DNA of 64,000 bases from an uncultured Bacillales bacterium (GCA_902464635.1 CABQKC010000002.1:22491-86490); one strand, 5' to 3'; shown: positions 45,877-56,534, counted from the first letter of the stretch. The notes: generated by a model from the letters alone, not told the origin. Program-made: numbers and translations.

Positions 45877-47819
45877 TTGCCTATCTCCTCGATAAAGTTA
45901 TCTTTTTCATTGAATTTAACGTTTTCTTCAATCCAGGTCCTTCTTTGGGAAGCATCGTTTCCCATCAAAACCGATATGCGTTTCTCTACTACTAGAGGAT
46001 CATCAATCCTTACTCTTAGTAATTGCCTTGTGGCTTTGTTCATTGTAGTCGCGGCTAGCTGATCGGCATTCATTTCACCTAAACCTTTATAACGCTTGAT
46101 GCCATAACCAGCACCAATCTTGTTTTTTGCCTCTTCTAAAGAGACATTATCCCAGGCGTAGATGAATTTCTTTGGATCAGATTTCTTATAAACCATATAT
46201 AAAGGAGGACAAGCAATATAGACCATCCCGTTAGTTATAAGTGGCTTCATGTAATTATAGAAGAAAGTAAGTAAAAGAATTTGGATATGGGCACCATCGG
46301 TATCAGCATCGGTCATGATGATGATTTTTCCATATCTAGAATCCTCAACATCGAAATCGGCACCGACTCCGGCTCCAATAGTTTGGATAATCGTGGAGAA
46401 TTCGGTATTTTGAAGCATTCTTTCCATTGTTACGGAATCGGTATTCAATGGCTTTCCTCTTAATGGGAGAATTGCTTGGTGAAGTCTATCCCTGCCGCTT
46501 TTAGCACTGCCACCTGCAGAATCACCTTCGACGATAAAAAGTTCGTTTTCTTTATAATCTTTAGATTGGGCAGAAGCTAATTTATCTGAAATTATGGCTT
46601 CTACAGACTTCTTTTTGCCACTTCTAGCACTTTCCTTGGCTTTTCTAGCGGCGTCTCTAGCTTGCTTAGAGGCTTGGCATTTATGGATTAAATCAATGGC
46701 AAATGTTTTATGCTCAGCTAGATAATGGATTAGATTATCATAAGCGAATTCATTTACCATCTGTGAAGCTTCTGGAGTCCCTAGTTTCCCTTTTGTCTGT
46801 CCTTCATATTCAAGTTTATTTTCAGGAATCTTGACCGAAATAATGGCAGTCAATCCTTCACGGATATCGATTCCATCGAGCTTTTGGTTTTCCTTTATGA
46901 CTTCGTTTTGGATAGCCCAGTCATTAACAGCCCTAGTAATACCAGTCTTCAAGCCTGACTCGTGGGTGCCTCCATCGTGAGTCCTGACCGAGTTAGCATA
47001 TGAATAGATATTTTCGTTATAGTCTTTGTTGCACCAAACAAGGGCCATTTCCATCTTTATGTATGATGAATTGTCTTCAAAATCGATGATTTCACCGATT
47101 CTTTCTTTGTTTTGGGTTAATACTGATACGTATTCCCTTAAGCCATTTTCATAATAGAATTCATGGGATAAGCCGCTTCTTTCATCCTTTAGGAAGAAAT
47201 GAACTTTCTTTAAAAGGAAAGCTTCTTCCTGGAGATGGTTATAAATAGTATCCCACTTAAACTCAACAGTAGAGAAAATACGCTTGTCAGGCTTAAAACG
47301 TACTAAAGTACCGTGCTTTCTTGTGGTTCCTATTATTTCTAGAGGAGTAACTAATTTACCTCCATCTTCAAAACGGAGGTGATATATATTGCCATCCCTA
47401 AATACAGTGATATCAATCCATTCGGACAAAGCATTGGTTACTGTAGCACCAACGCCATGAAGACCAGCGGAAGTTGTATAAGATTTATTGGAGAACTTAC
47501 CGCCAGAATGGAGAGTTGTATAAACTAATTGAACAGCAGGGATTCCAGTTGCTTTATGGATGTCAACAGGAATGCCCCTACCTTCATCTTCTACCGATAC
47601 AGAGCCATCTTTATGGATGGTTACGGATACTTTGTCACCGTATCCATTAACGGCTTCATCAACACCATTATCGACAATTTCCCAAATTAAATGATGCAAA
47701 CCTTGAGAGTTTGTAGATCCTATGTACATTCCAGGGCGTTTCCTAACGCCTTCCATCTCTGATAAGAGCTCTATGTTTTGGGCTGTATATTTCTTTTCGG
47801 CTTGTTCGATATCTTGCAT
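45873..47819 (-). CDS. parE: DNA topoisomerase IV subunit B
   Basis: GHKL ATPase motifs EIVDNGVDEA and GLHGVG. Toprim motifs LFIVEGDSAGGSA and IMTDADTDGAHI. ATGA overlap with parC. Confidence 0.8.
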   Translation of the reverse strand: MQDIEQAEKKYTAQNIELLSEMEGVRKRPGMYIGSTNSQGLHHLIWEIVDNGVDEAVNGYGDKVSVTIHKDGSVSVEDEGRGIPVDIHKATGIPAVQLVYTTLHSGGKFSNKSYTTSAGLHGVGATVTNALSEWIDITVFRDGNIYHLRFEDGGKLVTPLEIIGTTRKHGTLVRFKPDKRIFSTVEFKWDTIYNHLQEEAFLLKKVHFFLKDERSGLSHEFYYENGLREYVSVLTQNKERIGEIIDFEDNSSYIKMEMALVWCNKDYNENIYSYANSVRTHDGGTHESGLKTGITRAVNDWAIQNEVIKENQKLDGIDIREGLTAIISVKIPENKLEYEGQTKGKLGTPEASQMVNEFAYDNLIHYLAEHKTFAIDLIHKCQASKQARDAARKAKESARSGKKKSVEAIISDKLASAQSKDYKENELFIVEGDSAGGSAKSGRDRLHQAILPLRGKPLNTDSVTMERMLQNTEFSTIIQTIGAGVGADFDVEDSRYGKIIIMTDADTDGAHIQILLLTFFYNYMKPLITNGMVYIACPPLYMVYKKSDPKKFIYAWDNVSLEEAKNKIGAGYGIKRYKGLGEMNADQLAATTMNKATRQLLRVRIDDPLVVEKRISVLMGNDASQRRTWIEENVKFNEKDNFIEEIGK

Positions 47820-47870
47820 TGTAAAATTATGTCCGTCAAATGGGATAAACTAATTATAACGCATATTTTA

Positions 47871-47899
47871 TTCAAAAATAAGTGCGAATACGGCATAAT
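47871..47899 (+). promoter_or_regulatory. putative promoter of plsY
   Basis: TTCAAA (47871-47876), 17 nt spacer, CATAAT (47894-47899). SD AAGAGGA lies before the ATG at 47919. Confidence 0.35.
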
Positions 47900-47918
47900 T
47901 TTAAAGAGGATTTAACTT

Positions 47919-48653
47919 ATGAATATTTACCTTGTTAATACATTAACATTGCTAGCTGCAATGGCAGTCGGTTACTTGCTTGGTTCAATACCTAATGGAG
48001 TCATTATTGGAAAGCTTTTTTTCAACAAGGATCCTAGAGATTATTATTCAAAGAATTCCGGAGGGACAAACTCTGGCAGGGTATTAGGCAAAAAAATGGG
48101 AGTATTGGTAACTATTCTTGATATGTTAAAAGCCATAGCTGCCGTATTCTCCTTCTGGGCTTTTTTGCAGTTTTCTGGGTTGTTTGAGCAATATTATCTT
48201 TGGGGAAATTACTATGACGCTAGACCTTTAATATATTATTTAGCAGGATTGTTCGCAATTATCGGACATTGTTATCCAATATATATTCATTTTAAGGGAG
48301 GCAAAGCTGTTGCTTCTACTTTTGGAATCAATGGTTCTATCTCTCCGGTCTTATTTGCTCTAGATCTAACTTTCTTTCTATTCTTAAAGAAAAAGAAAAT
48401 GGTTTCTTTATCCTCGATGTGCACTAGTGTCGTTGTTACCATTGGGGTTTATATCATTTCAATTATCTCTATCTGCACTGGATTTGATTCAAATATATTA
48501 TCGTTCGCTTTTGGGTCAATCCAATTCCCAAAGATTGGATTTGAACTTGCCATACTTGATACTTTCTTAACTATAATTATCATATATAGGCATAAGGCAA
48601 ACATTGCTAGAATCAAAAGCGGAACCGAAAGCAAAGTTTCGTGGATAAAGTAG
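47919..48653 (+). CDS. plsY: glycerol-3-phosphate acyltransferase PlsY
   Basis: GYLLGSIPNGVIIGK...SGGTNSGRVLG...GHCYPIYIHFKGGKAVA. Longer C-terminus than I recall for typical PlsY. Confidence 0.9.
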   Translation: MNIYLVNTLTLLAAMAVGYLLGSIPNGVIIGKLFFNKDPRDYYSKNSGGTNSGRVLGKKMGVLVTILDMLKAIAAVFSFWAFLQFSGLFEQYYLWGNYYDARPLIYYLAGLFAIIGHCYPIYIHFKGGKAVASTFGINGSISPVLFALDLTFFLFLKKKKMVSLSSMCTSVVVTIGVYIISIISICTGFDSNILSFAFGSIQFPKIGFELAILDTFLTIIIIYRHKANIARIKSGTESKVSWIK

Positions 48654-48821
48654 AAAATTAGTAGTTTTTTAGTTTTGTTCATCTAATTGTGGAAATATAT
48701 TGTTAATAACTTTGAGTATAAAATTATTTCGATTAATACTGAGCTTTTCATTGACAATAAAAATACAGGTTTTTGACAAAATAATAAAAAGACCATTTTT
48801 CCAAAATAGAATTTAAGTATA

Positions 48822-48850
48822 GAAAAAAGCAGCTTATTTCTAAGCCGCTT
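48822..48850 (-). terminator. rho-independent terminator of the efp-yneF unit
   Basis: AAGCAGCTTA (48827-48836) pairs with TAAGCCGCTT (48841-48850) with one mismatch and a TTTC loop. A T6 run follows on the - strand. Confidence 0.6.
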
Positions 48851-48866
48851 CACTACTTCTATTCAA

Positions 48867-49100
48867 TTAGAGGTTATTGTTTTTCTTCATTGAGTTCATG
48901 ACCGCTCTAATGTTGGCTTCAGTTGGTTTCCTACCCATTTGAAGGAACATAGCGCGAATCATTTTTTCATTGATTGGAGGGTTTTTCTCTAACTCTTTTT
49001 TAATAAGAGCCTTAGCTCCGAAGAAACCTCCGACAAGTCCAATAATTAAAGCACCAATGACTAGTCCGAACCAGCCACCATCCCAGGACATTAATATCAT
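48867..49100 (-). CDS. yneF: UPF0154 (YneF) family small membrane protein
   Basis: N-terminal TM followed by INEKMIRAMFLQMGRKPTEANIRAVMNSMKK. Confidence 0.8.
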   Translation of the reverse strand: MILMSWDGGWFGLVIGALIIGLVGGFFGAKALIKKELEKNPPINEKMIRAMFLQMGRKPTEANIRAVMNSMKKNNNL

Positions 49101-49102
49101 TA

Positions 49103-49663
49103 TTAGGCCCTACCGTCGTATTTTCCGGTTGTAGTATCTACAGAGATCTTGTCGCCTTGGTTGATGAATAATGGAACACGGATTGTTATTCCGGTTTCTA
49201 GGACTGCGTCTTTAGAACCGCCATTGGAGATTGTATCGCCTCTAACGCCTGGTTCGCATTCAGTAACGGTTAAGATTGCCTTTGCAGGAAGTTGGACACC
49301 TAATACTTCGTCATCATAAGAAATGATGGTAACTTCGCTATTTGGGGCAAGATATGGAATCTCGTTTTTCAAATTGGTCTTAGGAAGCTCGATTTGTTCG
49401 TATGTTTTTCCGTCCATGAAGCATAGGGTCTCGCCGGTATCATAAAGATATTGCATAATCTTCTTGTCGATATGAACATCTTCAACACCATAACCTGAGT
49501 TTCTTGCTAATTCGATAATGGCACCAGTACGGATGTTCTTGACCTTAACCTTGGCAACCATCTTTCTCATAGCGGTTTTGTTTAAAAGAATGTCGAGGAC
49601 TTGGTAAAGGTTTCCTTCATCGATGAAGTAGTTACCAGGTCTTAATTCTGTAACGTTAATCAT
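49103..49663 (-). CDS. efp: elongation factor P
   Basis: 186 aa. MINVTELRPGNYF...VKNIRTGA...ETGITIRVPLFINQGDKISVDTTTGKY. Confidence 0.92.
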   Translation of the reverse strand: MINVTELRPGNYFIDEGNLYQVLDILLNKTAMRKMVAKVKVKNIRTGAIIELARNSGYGVEDVHIDKKIMQYLYDTGETLCFMDGKTYEQIELPKTNLKNEIPYLAPNSEVTIISYDDEVLGVQLPAKAILTVTECEPGVRGDTISNGGSKDAVLETGITIRVPLFINQGDKISVDTTTGKYDGRA

Positions 49664-49768
49664 TTAAGTATATACTCCTTCGCCTATAGTAAAAATGAGG
49701 CATAGGTATTTTATACCAAGTTTGTTTCCTTATAAACCCCATATTTATTTAAAAAGCCCAAAAATGGC

Positions 49769-50404
49769 TTATTTTCTTAGATACGGATTGAATTTTAGCT
49801 CGTTTTCTAGCTTTGTTATAGGACCATGTCCTGGGTAAACTATACATTCTTTGTCTAGTTGTCTAATTTTATTTAAAGACGAATCTAGCATCTCTTTTGC
49901 ATTTCCTGGCAAGTCCATCCTGCCAATGCTTAATTTGAACAAAGAATCCCCACTAATGAGTATTTTATCCTTTTTAAAGTAATAACAGATGCTTCCTAAA
50001 GTATGAAAAGGTGTTGCAATTACTTCAAATTCAAAATCCCCTACCTTGATTTCTCCTTCTTTTAAGCAATCTACCTTTATCCCTTGCTTTATTATTTCAA
50101 TATTATCTAGATAGGATGTAAGGCTATATTTAGGATCTTCAAGGCATCTATAGTCATCTTCATAAATGTAAATTGGAAATTTTTGGGGCAAAGAAAGCTC
50201 GTTTATACCTAAAATATGATCATAATGGCCATGAGTTAAAAATAATCCAAGGCAAGTATATTCGTGTTTTTCTAAATACTTTTCGATATAATCGTTTTTG
50301 TTATAACCTAAATCGAAAAGTATGCACTGCTTAGATTCATTTACCAAACAATAAGTTGTCGCTAGATTTTGGTCTAGCGATAGCTCTATTACCTTAATAG
50401 GCAT
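49769..50404 (-). CDS. MBL-fold metallo-hydrolase
   Basis: LTHGHYDHILG, ATPFHTLGS, SGDSLF and PGHG. Start taken at the internal ATG (MPIKVIEL). Confidence 0.8.
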   Translation of the reverse strand: MPIKVIELSLDQNLATTYCLVNESKQCILFDLGYNKNDYIEKYLEKHEYTCLGLFLTHGHYDHILGINELSLPQKFPIYIYEDDYRCLEDPKYSLTSYLDNIEIIKQGIKVDCLKEGEIKVGDFEFEVIATPFHTLGSICYYFKKDKILISGDSLFKLSIGRMDLPGNAKEMLDSSLNKIRQLDKECIVYPGHGPITKLENELKFNPYLRK

Positions 50405-50435
50405 GCAAAATAAAAAAATAAGGCACAAAATAGCC

Positions 50436-50594
50436 TTATTTCTTTTCCTTATGAAGTGTCATCTTATTGCACTTTGGACAGAATTTGTTGATTTCCATCT
50501 TGTTTGGATGGTTTCTCTTGTTTCTGGTGGTGATATAGTTTTCGTCGCCACATTCAGTGCATTTAAGTATAACTTGATCGCGTTTACTGGCCAT
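50436..50594 (-). CDS. rpmG: 50S ribosomal protein L33 (52 aa, below the ORF-track cutoff)
   Basis: My translation of the - strand is [52 protein letters not shown]. It has the CxxC...CxxC zinc ribbon and the [11 protein letters not shown]33 signature. Confidence 0.9.
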   Translation of the reverse strand: MASKRDQVILKCTECGDENYITTRNKRNHPNKMEINKFCPKCNKMTLHKEKK

Positions 50595-50679
50595 TTTAGT
50601 ATCTTCACTCTCCCTTGCGCGTTTAGAAGTCTACCATAAGATTAATATAAAATCTATAATAGATTTGTTGGTAAATGAT

Positions 50680-51732
50680 ATGAATCAAAGAGAATTAACA
50701 AAAAAGATTAAAATCGGGAATACTTTTATAGGTGGATCAAATAAGGTTTTGATACAGTCGATGTGTAATATCAAAACTGAGAAATATCTAGATGTAATCA
50801 AACAAATTAATGAATGTGCTGCTGCTGGAGCAGACTTAATGAGGGTATCTGTTCTAGATGAAAATGATGCCTATGCGATTTCTAAAATCAAGGAAGGAAT
50901 CTCAATTCCTTTAATAGCAGATATCCATTTCGAATATAAATTAGCCTTAATTTGCCTTGAGCAGGGAATTGATGCGATAAGAATTAATCCCGGAAATATC
51001 GGAAGCGTCGACAAAATAAAGCTAGTTGTAGACAAGGCTAAGGAAAAGCATGTCCCAATAAGAGTTGGGGTAAATTCAGGTTCAATGGATAAATCTATTT
51101 TCGATAATGATGGAATTGTTACAAGCCATTATTTATATGAATCTGCTTTAAAACACGTAAAGATTCTTGAAAATTTGGGTTTTGAAGACATTGTCATATC
51201 TTTAAAAGGTTCGAATGCTAAAGAAACGATAGAAGCCTATAGATACGCTTCTAAGATGTTCAAGTATCCGCTCCACCTTGGAGTAACTGAAGCCGGGCCA
51301 AAAGACACTGGGTTAATTCGCTCTTCTGCTGGATTAGCCCCATTGCTTCTAGAAGGGATTGGAGACACCATAAGGATTTCACTCAGCGATGATCCGGTTG
51401 AAGAAATCAAGGCAGCATCAAGACTACTTCATGATTTAGGATTAAAAGACGACTATCCTACTTTTATATCTTGCCCAACATGTGGAAGGACTGAAGTTGA
51501 TTTAATACCCACTGCCAAGATTATCCAAAAATATATTGAAGATAACCATATCAACAAGACTATTGCCATTATGGGTTGCATCGTAAATGGACCAGGAGAA
51601 GCTAGGCATGCCGATTTAGGCGCGGCTGGAGGGAATGGAGTCTGGGCCATATTTAAAAAGGGCAAAGTTCTTAAAAGAGTTAAAAACGAAGATATCGTCG
51701 AAGAGCTTATCAAAGAAATCAATAAATTATAA
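50680..51732 (+). CDS. ispG: 4-hydroxy-3-methylbut-2-enyl diphosphate synthase
   Basis: IQSMCN, RINPGNIG, CPTCGRT and GCIVNGPGEA. Confidence 0.92.
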   Translation: MNQRELTKKIKIGNTFIGGSNKVLIQSMCNIKTEKYLDVIKQINECAAAGADLMRVSVLDENDAYAISKIKEGISIPLIADIHFEYKLALICLEQGIDAIRINPGNIGSVDKIKLVVDKAKEKHVPIRVGVNSGSMDKSIFDNDGIVTSHYLYESALKHVKILENLGFEDIVISLKGSNAKETIEAYRYASKMFKYPLHLGVTEAGPKDTGLIRSSAGLAPLLLEGIGDTIRISLSDDPVEEIKAASRLLHDLGLKDDYPTFISCPTCGRTEVDLIPTAKIIQKYIEDNHINKTIAIMGCIVNGPGEARHADLGAAGGNGVWAIFKKGKVLKRVKNEDIVEELIKEINKL

Positions 51733-52614
51733 ATTGCTAATAAAATCAGGCTCGAAAACGCCGTTACGTAGCATTTCTATCTCCTTTTTATATGGAGGTA
51801 TCTTATTTACATAAGGGGTTTCTAATATTTTTGGAACGGATTTTATTCTAGGATTAGAGGCTATTTTCTTTAACTTTTCAAAGCCAATTGTCCCCATTCC
51901 GATATTCGCATGTCTATCTTTATGCGAATTTATTGGATTTAAAGAATCATTTAAATGTATGACTTTTAGCTTATCTAGCCCAATCAAAGAATCAAATTCA
52001 TCTAATATTTTATCAAAATCAGATAAATCATAACCCGCGTCATTTATATGGCAGGTATCTAAACAGACTCCAATTCTAGATTGATCAGTAATTCCTTTGA
52101 CTAATTCTGACATCTCTTTGAAATTAATGCCTATTTCATTTCCTTTTCCTGCCATGGTTTCTAGACAAATCGTTACATTGCCTTTAAAAGAATCAAATAT
52201 AGAATTAATCGCGTTGCAAAGTGCTTCTTTACCCTTTTCAAAACCTAATCCTTTACTTGACCCAGGATGGAGGACGACTTTATTGACATTAAAAGAAACC
52301 GCCCTATTTAGCTCATTTTCTAGGAAAGATGAAGCAAAGCCGTATTTTTCTATATCCTCATCATTGGCCAAATTGATTATATAAGGGGCGTGAATGACTA
52401 TATTATTTTCATCGAAGTTATTTTCTTTTAATAATTCTCTTCCTTCCTCAATCCTTAGTCTAGACAAAGGAAGTCTAAGCGAATTTTGGGGAGCGCCCGT
52501 ATAAAACATGAAAGCTGTCGAATTATAGGAAAGTGCTTCTTTTACTGTTCCTAGATAAAACAATGGGGAAGATAAAGAAACATGAGAACCAATTATTAAA
52601 TCACTGTTTTTCAT
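51727..52614 (-). CDS. nfo: deoxyribonuclease (endonuclease) IV
   Basis: IGSHVS, HAPYIINLA, VLHPGS, CLETMAGKGNEIG, CLDTCH and HLNDS. Confidence 0.92.
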   Translation of the reverse strand: MKNSDLIIGSHVSLSSPLFYLGTVKEALSYNSTAFMFYTGAPQNSLRLPLSRLRIEEGRELLKENNFDENNIVIHAPYIINLANDEDIEKYGFASSFLENELNRAVSFNVNKVVLHPGSSKGLGFEKGKEALCNAINSIFDSFKGNVTICLETMAGKGNEIGINFKEMSELVKGITDQSRIGVCLDTCHINDAGYDLSDFDKILDEFDSLIGLDKLKVIHLNDSLNPINSHKDRHANIGMGTIGFEKLKKIASNPRIKSVPKILETPYVNKIPPYKKEIEMLRNGVFEPDFISNL

Positions 52615-53947
52615 AAGTCGCCTTCTTTATGGCTTTATTAATGGCTTTTCTTCTATATTTATTCTTGACTCTTTCGACAGCCCATTGTTGCTTCTTTTTA
52701 TAACCTGGCTTGACTTTTTTAGATCCAGTCTTAGCTTTAGCAATCTTGATTTCCTTGCTTTCTTGCTCAGAAAGAGGCTTTTTCTTGCTAAATTTCTTTT
52801 TTGGCAATAATCCAACTGGATCAGGAACTAATCCATCTTCTTTTAATATAAGGAAATCAAATTTGACTCCTTTTTTGATTAGTTCACTTGGAAGAGATGT
52901 CGAATCTGAATTATAGAAAACATAGGAATCCCCTACCTTATCGAATCTTCCAGTCCTTCCAGCACGGTGATAATAATATTCAAGGTCATTTGGCAAATCC
53001 AAGGAAATGACATCGCTAACATCCTCAATATCGATACCGCGTGAAAGCAAATCGCTAGCAACGATTATTTGGAACTTATTGTCTTTAATTAGCTTAATAG
53101 TCGATCTTCTTTTTCTTGCATCTAGATCGCTAGAAAACATTGTCACGGAATATCCATCTTGCTTCAATTCTTCATATGTTTTCTTTACATCTTCCTTTTT
53201 AGAGGCAAAGACAATGCATAAATATGGGTTCTTGAATTTAAGGAACCTCTTCAATGCTTCGATTTTACCAACGTGTTTTACATTAACTAAATGATGGCTA
53301 ACGTTACTAGATGCCTTATTATCTTCGTTATCGAAAGAGAAATTGGTCCCAACATATTTTTCTAATCTATGTTTCAACCCTTCTTCTAAGGTAGCGGAAA
53401 ATACCATGGTTTGGACATTGTCCCCTAGCATCGAATATAAAGCATCGATAGAATCAAAATATCCTAGTTCCATTAGCATATCGGCTTCATCTAGGACTAA
53501 AGTCTTTACATTACGTAAATTTAATTCATACGAATCACTTAGGATGTCTTTTAATCTACCAGGAGTCCCGATGACTATATGAGGCGCAATTGATAATCCT
53601 TGGCTAGATGAAGTCCTATCTTCTTCTGAGGTAATTAACTTTATCTTTAACTTTTGGAAATAATTCTGGAATGGCTTTGCAAATTCATATACTTGCCTGG
53701 AAAGCTCCCTGCTTGGGGTAATTATTATGGCTTGAAGCCTAGGAAGAGAAGTATCAATCCTATCAATTATTGGAACTAGATAAGAATGGGTTTTCCCTGA
53801 GCCAGTCTCTGATTGGCATAAAAGTGATTTCCCTTGAAGGACTTTCGGGATTATGCGAAGCTGGACTGGTGATGGGGAGATATAATTTTGCTTTTTCAAG
53901 GCCTCTACCATGGTCTTGGATAAATTTAATGATGAAAATGTACTCAT
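52601..53947 (-). CDS. DEAD-box ATP-dependent RNA helicase (CshB-like)
   Basis: Q motif SPSPVQ, SETGSGKTH, DEAD-type LDEADMLM, SAT and HRAGRTGR. Lys-rich C-terminal tail. Start taken at MSTFSSLNL. Confidence 0.88.
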   Translation of the reverse strand: MSTFSSLNLSKTMVEALKKQNYISPSPVQLRIIPKVLQGKSLLCQSETGSGKTHSYLVPIIDRIDTSLPRLQAIIITPSRELSRQVYEFAKPFQNYFQKLKIKLITSEEDRTSSSQGLSIAPHIVIGTPGRLKDILSDSYELNLRNVKTLVLDEADMLMELGYFDSIDALYSMLGDNVQTMVFSATLEEGLKHRLEKYVGTNFSFDNEDNKASSNVSHHLVNVKHVGKIEALKRFLKFKNPYLCIVFASKKEDVKKTYEELKQDGYSVTMFSSDLDARKRRSTIKLIKDNKFQIIVASDLLSRGIDIEDVSDVISLDLPNDLEYYYHRAGRTGRFDKVGDSYVFYNSDSTSLPSELIKKGVKFDFLILKEDGLVPDPVGLLPKKKFSKKKPLSEQESKEIKIAKAKTGSKKVKPGYKKKQQWAVERVKNKYRRKAINKAIKKATYEKQ

Positions 53948-53996
53948 AACAATTAAAATTATAAAGGAAAGGAAAGAGCAATTCACTTCTAAATCA

Positions 53997-54848
53997 ATGG
54001 AAATTCATATAATTAATCCAATTGGCTTTTGTTTTGGGGTAACTAGGGCCATAGATATTGCTTCTAAATTAGATAAACGCAAGAAGATTACTTTCTTAGG
54101 TATGGTTGTCCATAATGAAGAAGTCATATCTAGTTTTTCTTCCGCTAACATCAACATTATTGATGAAAGGAAATACGATCTAAAAAAAGCTCTTCTTCAA
54201 GTTGAAGATGGGACAATCGTTGTTTTTTCCGCCCATGGGCATCCTAAAGAATATGAAGAAATTGCTAGAAAGAAAAATCTAATTCAAATAGACACGACTT
54301 GCCCTCTAGTGGCCCTAAATCTTAAGCTAGGGCTAGATTATGCTTCCGAAGGATTAATCTACATAGGAAGTAAAAATCATCTAGAAGCATCTTCTTTTAG
54401 GCTTAATTGCCCTGCTTCCTATTTCTTTGATATTTCTAGTTACTCATATTTAGCAAAGCCAGAAATCGATATTAAGCATGTAATCTCGCAAACGACCTTG
54501 TCTACAAGCGAGGTAGATAAGGCTATAAAGATAATTCAAAAGGATTATCCAAATGCCAAATTAGAAAGAAGTGTCTGCAATGCGACCAAAGCTAGGCAAG
54601 TCGCCCTTTCTAATTTAGAAAATGATTATGATGCAATTATAGTTATAGGTTCGCCTTCTTCGTCAAATACAAATAAATTGTTTAGCATTGCTAAAAGCAA
54701 GAACAAGAATTCCTATTTGATACTTAACCGCAATGAGCTTAAGCAAATAAAGGATTTACCTAAATATAAAAAAATTGCCCTCTGCAGCGGAACTTCCGCT
54801 TCGATGAAGACAATTGATGAATGTTTGGAATATTTAAGATCCCTTTAA
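53997..54848 (+). CDS. ispH: 4-hydroxy-3-methylbut-2-enyl diphosphate reductase
   Basis: GFCFGVTRA, FSAHG, DTTCPLV, CNATKARQ and VIGSPSSSNTNKL. Confidence 0.9.
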   Translation: MEIHIINPIGFCFGVTRAIDIASKLDKRKKITFLGMVVHNEEVISSFSSANINIIDERKYDLKKALLQVEDGTIVVFSAHGHPKEYEEIARKKNLIQIDTTCPLVALNLKLGLDYASEGLIYIGSKNHLEASSFRLNCPASYFFDISSYSYLAKPEIDIKHVISQTTLSTSEVDKAIKIIQKDYPNAKLERSVCNATKARQVALSNLENDYDAIIVIGSPSSSNTNKLFSIAKSKNKNSYLILNRNELKQIKDLPKYKKIALCSGTSASMKTIDECLEYLRSL

Positions 54849-55514
54849 GGTAGAAGCTAATATCCTATATAAGGAGAGGGCTTGTTCTCTTTTTTCTTTG
54901 CTTAATCCTTTATTTAATAAGGCAGATACCTTCTTCCTTTGGATTTCAACCCATTCAAGGAATATCGGGTCTCTTTCTTTTAATAGTTTCGGTCCTAATA
55001 ACAATTCTTTTTGGGTATAAGGCTTAGATGGTTTGCCACGGCTAAATTTAACGATGGAATAGAAGATTTTATCTTCATAGACCATCTTTTCTTCACTAAT
55101 TTTAAAGCCTAGCTCCACTATTTTTTCTCTAACCAACTTTAAGTCACGATGCGGATCGACAATTATAGTTTTTACGTTATCTAGCTTTTCTTTGTGGGAA
55201 CAAAGTATATCGGTAGTCAAAATACCACCTAATCCACATAGGCATAAAGTATCGACTTCACCCATTAAATCAGATATTCCATCACTTTTAGAGGCGAATA
55301 TCTTCGATGATAAACCATAGGCATCGATATTTGATTTCATCCTTATGAATGGACCGACTTTATTTTCGACAGCCTGCGCATAATCTATGATTCCTTTAGA
55401 AACTAGATAAATTGGCAAATGCGCGTGATCACTACCAATATCGGCCAAGAATGAATTAGGGGCAACAAAATTAGCAACAGCCTGCAATCTTTTTGACAAT
55501 CTAACGTTAGGCAC
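54834..55514 (-). CDS. trmK: tRNA (adenine22-N1)-methyltransferase TrmK
   Basis: [12 protein letters not shown]...[15 protein letters not shown]. Position downstream of sigA matches Bacillus yqfN. Confidence 0.85.
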   Translation of the reverse strand: MPNVRLSKRLQAVANFVAPNSFLADIGSDHAHLPIYLVSKGIIDYAQAVENKVGPFIRMKSNIDAYGLSSKIFASKSDGISDLMGEVDTLCLCGLGGILTTDILCSHKEKLDNVKTIIVDPHRDLKLVREKIVELGFKISEEKMVYEDKIFYSIVKFSRGKPSKPYTQKELLLGPKLLKERDPIFLEWVEIQRKKVSALLNKGLSKEKREQALSLYRILASTLKGS

Positions 55515-56529
55515 TTTTCTTTTCTTCCTCCAATCCTTTTTTCATCCTAAGGAGGGCTTGCTCTTTTAATTGCCTTGCCCTTTCCCTAGATATATTCATT
55601 TCTTTTCCGATTTCTTCTAATGTTTTTGGTTCGTTGCCATTTAGCCCAAAGGCATTCTCGATGACAAATTTTTCCCTATCTGGAAGATACCTTAGTCCAT
55701 CTTTTACCATGATAGAGGCATCTTCTTTTTCTAAAGATTTTGAAATAGATTCATCATTAGATGGGACTAAATCACTAATAGAACCATCTTCGCCTTCTTT
55801 TATAGGAGAATCCAAATCAACTATGGTTGTCGGTATCGATAACATTTCCTTGACTTGGTCTTTATTAATATCGCCTAAATAAGAAGCGATTTCTTCATTT
55901 GTTGGCGGATTTCCGTTCTTTTCGCTTAATTCATCATAGGCTTTTTTTACTCTAGATATTTCAATTGAGCGATGAAGAGGCACTTTTATTGGCCTAGATA
56001 ATTCGATGACGGCTTTTGTTACGGCTTGAGTGATCCACCAATGGGCATAGGTAGAGAAACGGTTCCCCTTTGTATAATCAAATTTCTCAACTGCCCTATA
56101 TAATCCAATATTTCCTTCTTGTATCAAATCTAGAAGAGGCACTCCCCTCCCTTGATAATGCTTTGCAATAGAGACAACTAGGCGAAGATTAGAATTAATA
56201 AGGGTAGTCCTAGCTAATTCAGCCTCTTTCTTTTCTTCGCTAGTCGCATTTTCCTTGCTTCCATCTAGCAAGGCTTTTCCTAGTTTTTGCTCTTCTTCCT
56301 TGCTTAAAAGAGGATAGGCTCCTATAGAATGAAGATAAATCGAAAGCGGCTCGGTTCCAGTTGAAGAGATAGAGATTGGTTCATTAAGGAGTTCACTTAT
56401 TTTTTTATCGCTAACTTCCTCTTTTGTTTCATCTTCACCATCTTCTAGAACGGCATCTTCCTCTTCCTTACTTAAAGGAAGGGAATCGTTATCTAGGTCG
56501 ATTTGCTTTGATTTATCTTCTTTTTCCAT
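55507..56529 (-). CDS. second sigma-70 family (primary-like) RNA polymerase sigma factor
   Basis: Region 2 [57 protein letters not shown]. Region 4.2 [23 protein letters not shown]. Acidic N-terminus. Confidence 0.85.
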   Translation of the reverse strand: MEKEDKSKQIDLDNDSLPLSKEEEDAVLEDGEDETKEEVSDKKISELLNEPISISSTGTEPLSIYLHSIGAYPLLSKEEEQKLGKALLDGSKENATSEEKKEAELARTTLINSNLRLVVSIAKHYQGRGVPLLDLIQEGNIGLYRAVEKFDYTKGNRFSTYAHWWITQAVTKAVIELSRPIKVPLHRSIEISRVKKAYDELSEKNGNPPTNEEIASYLGDINKDQVKEMLSIPTTIVDLDSPIKEGEDGSISDLVPSNDESISKSLEKEDASIMVKDGLRYLPDREKFVIENAFGLNGNEPKTLEEIGKEMNISRERARQLKEQALLRMKKGLEEEKKSA

Positions 56530-56534
56530 ATTTT

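Noticed and set aside
43264-47819. Calling this pair gyrB/gyrA.
   Set aside because: The A subunit lacks a GyrA-box (QRRGGKG-like) motif. The pair lies divergently next to plsY and near yneF, as in the Bacillus/Streptococcus parE-parC neighbourhood. Gyrase genes usually sit near dnaA/dnaN/recF at the origin, whereas this region is next to the putative terminus.
50403-50639. 78-aa + strand ORF in the ORF track.
   Set aside because: It is antisense to a clear rpmG (L33) gene and has no motifs.
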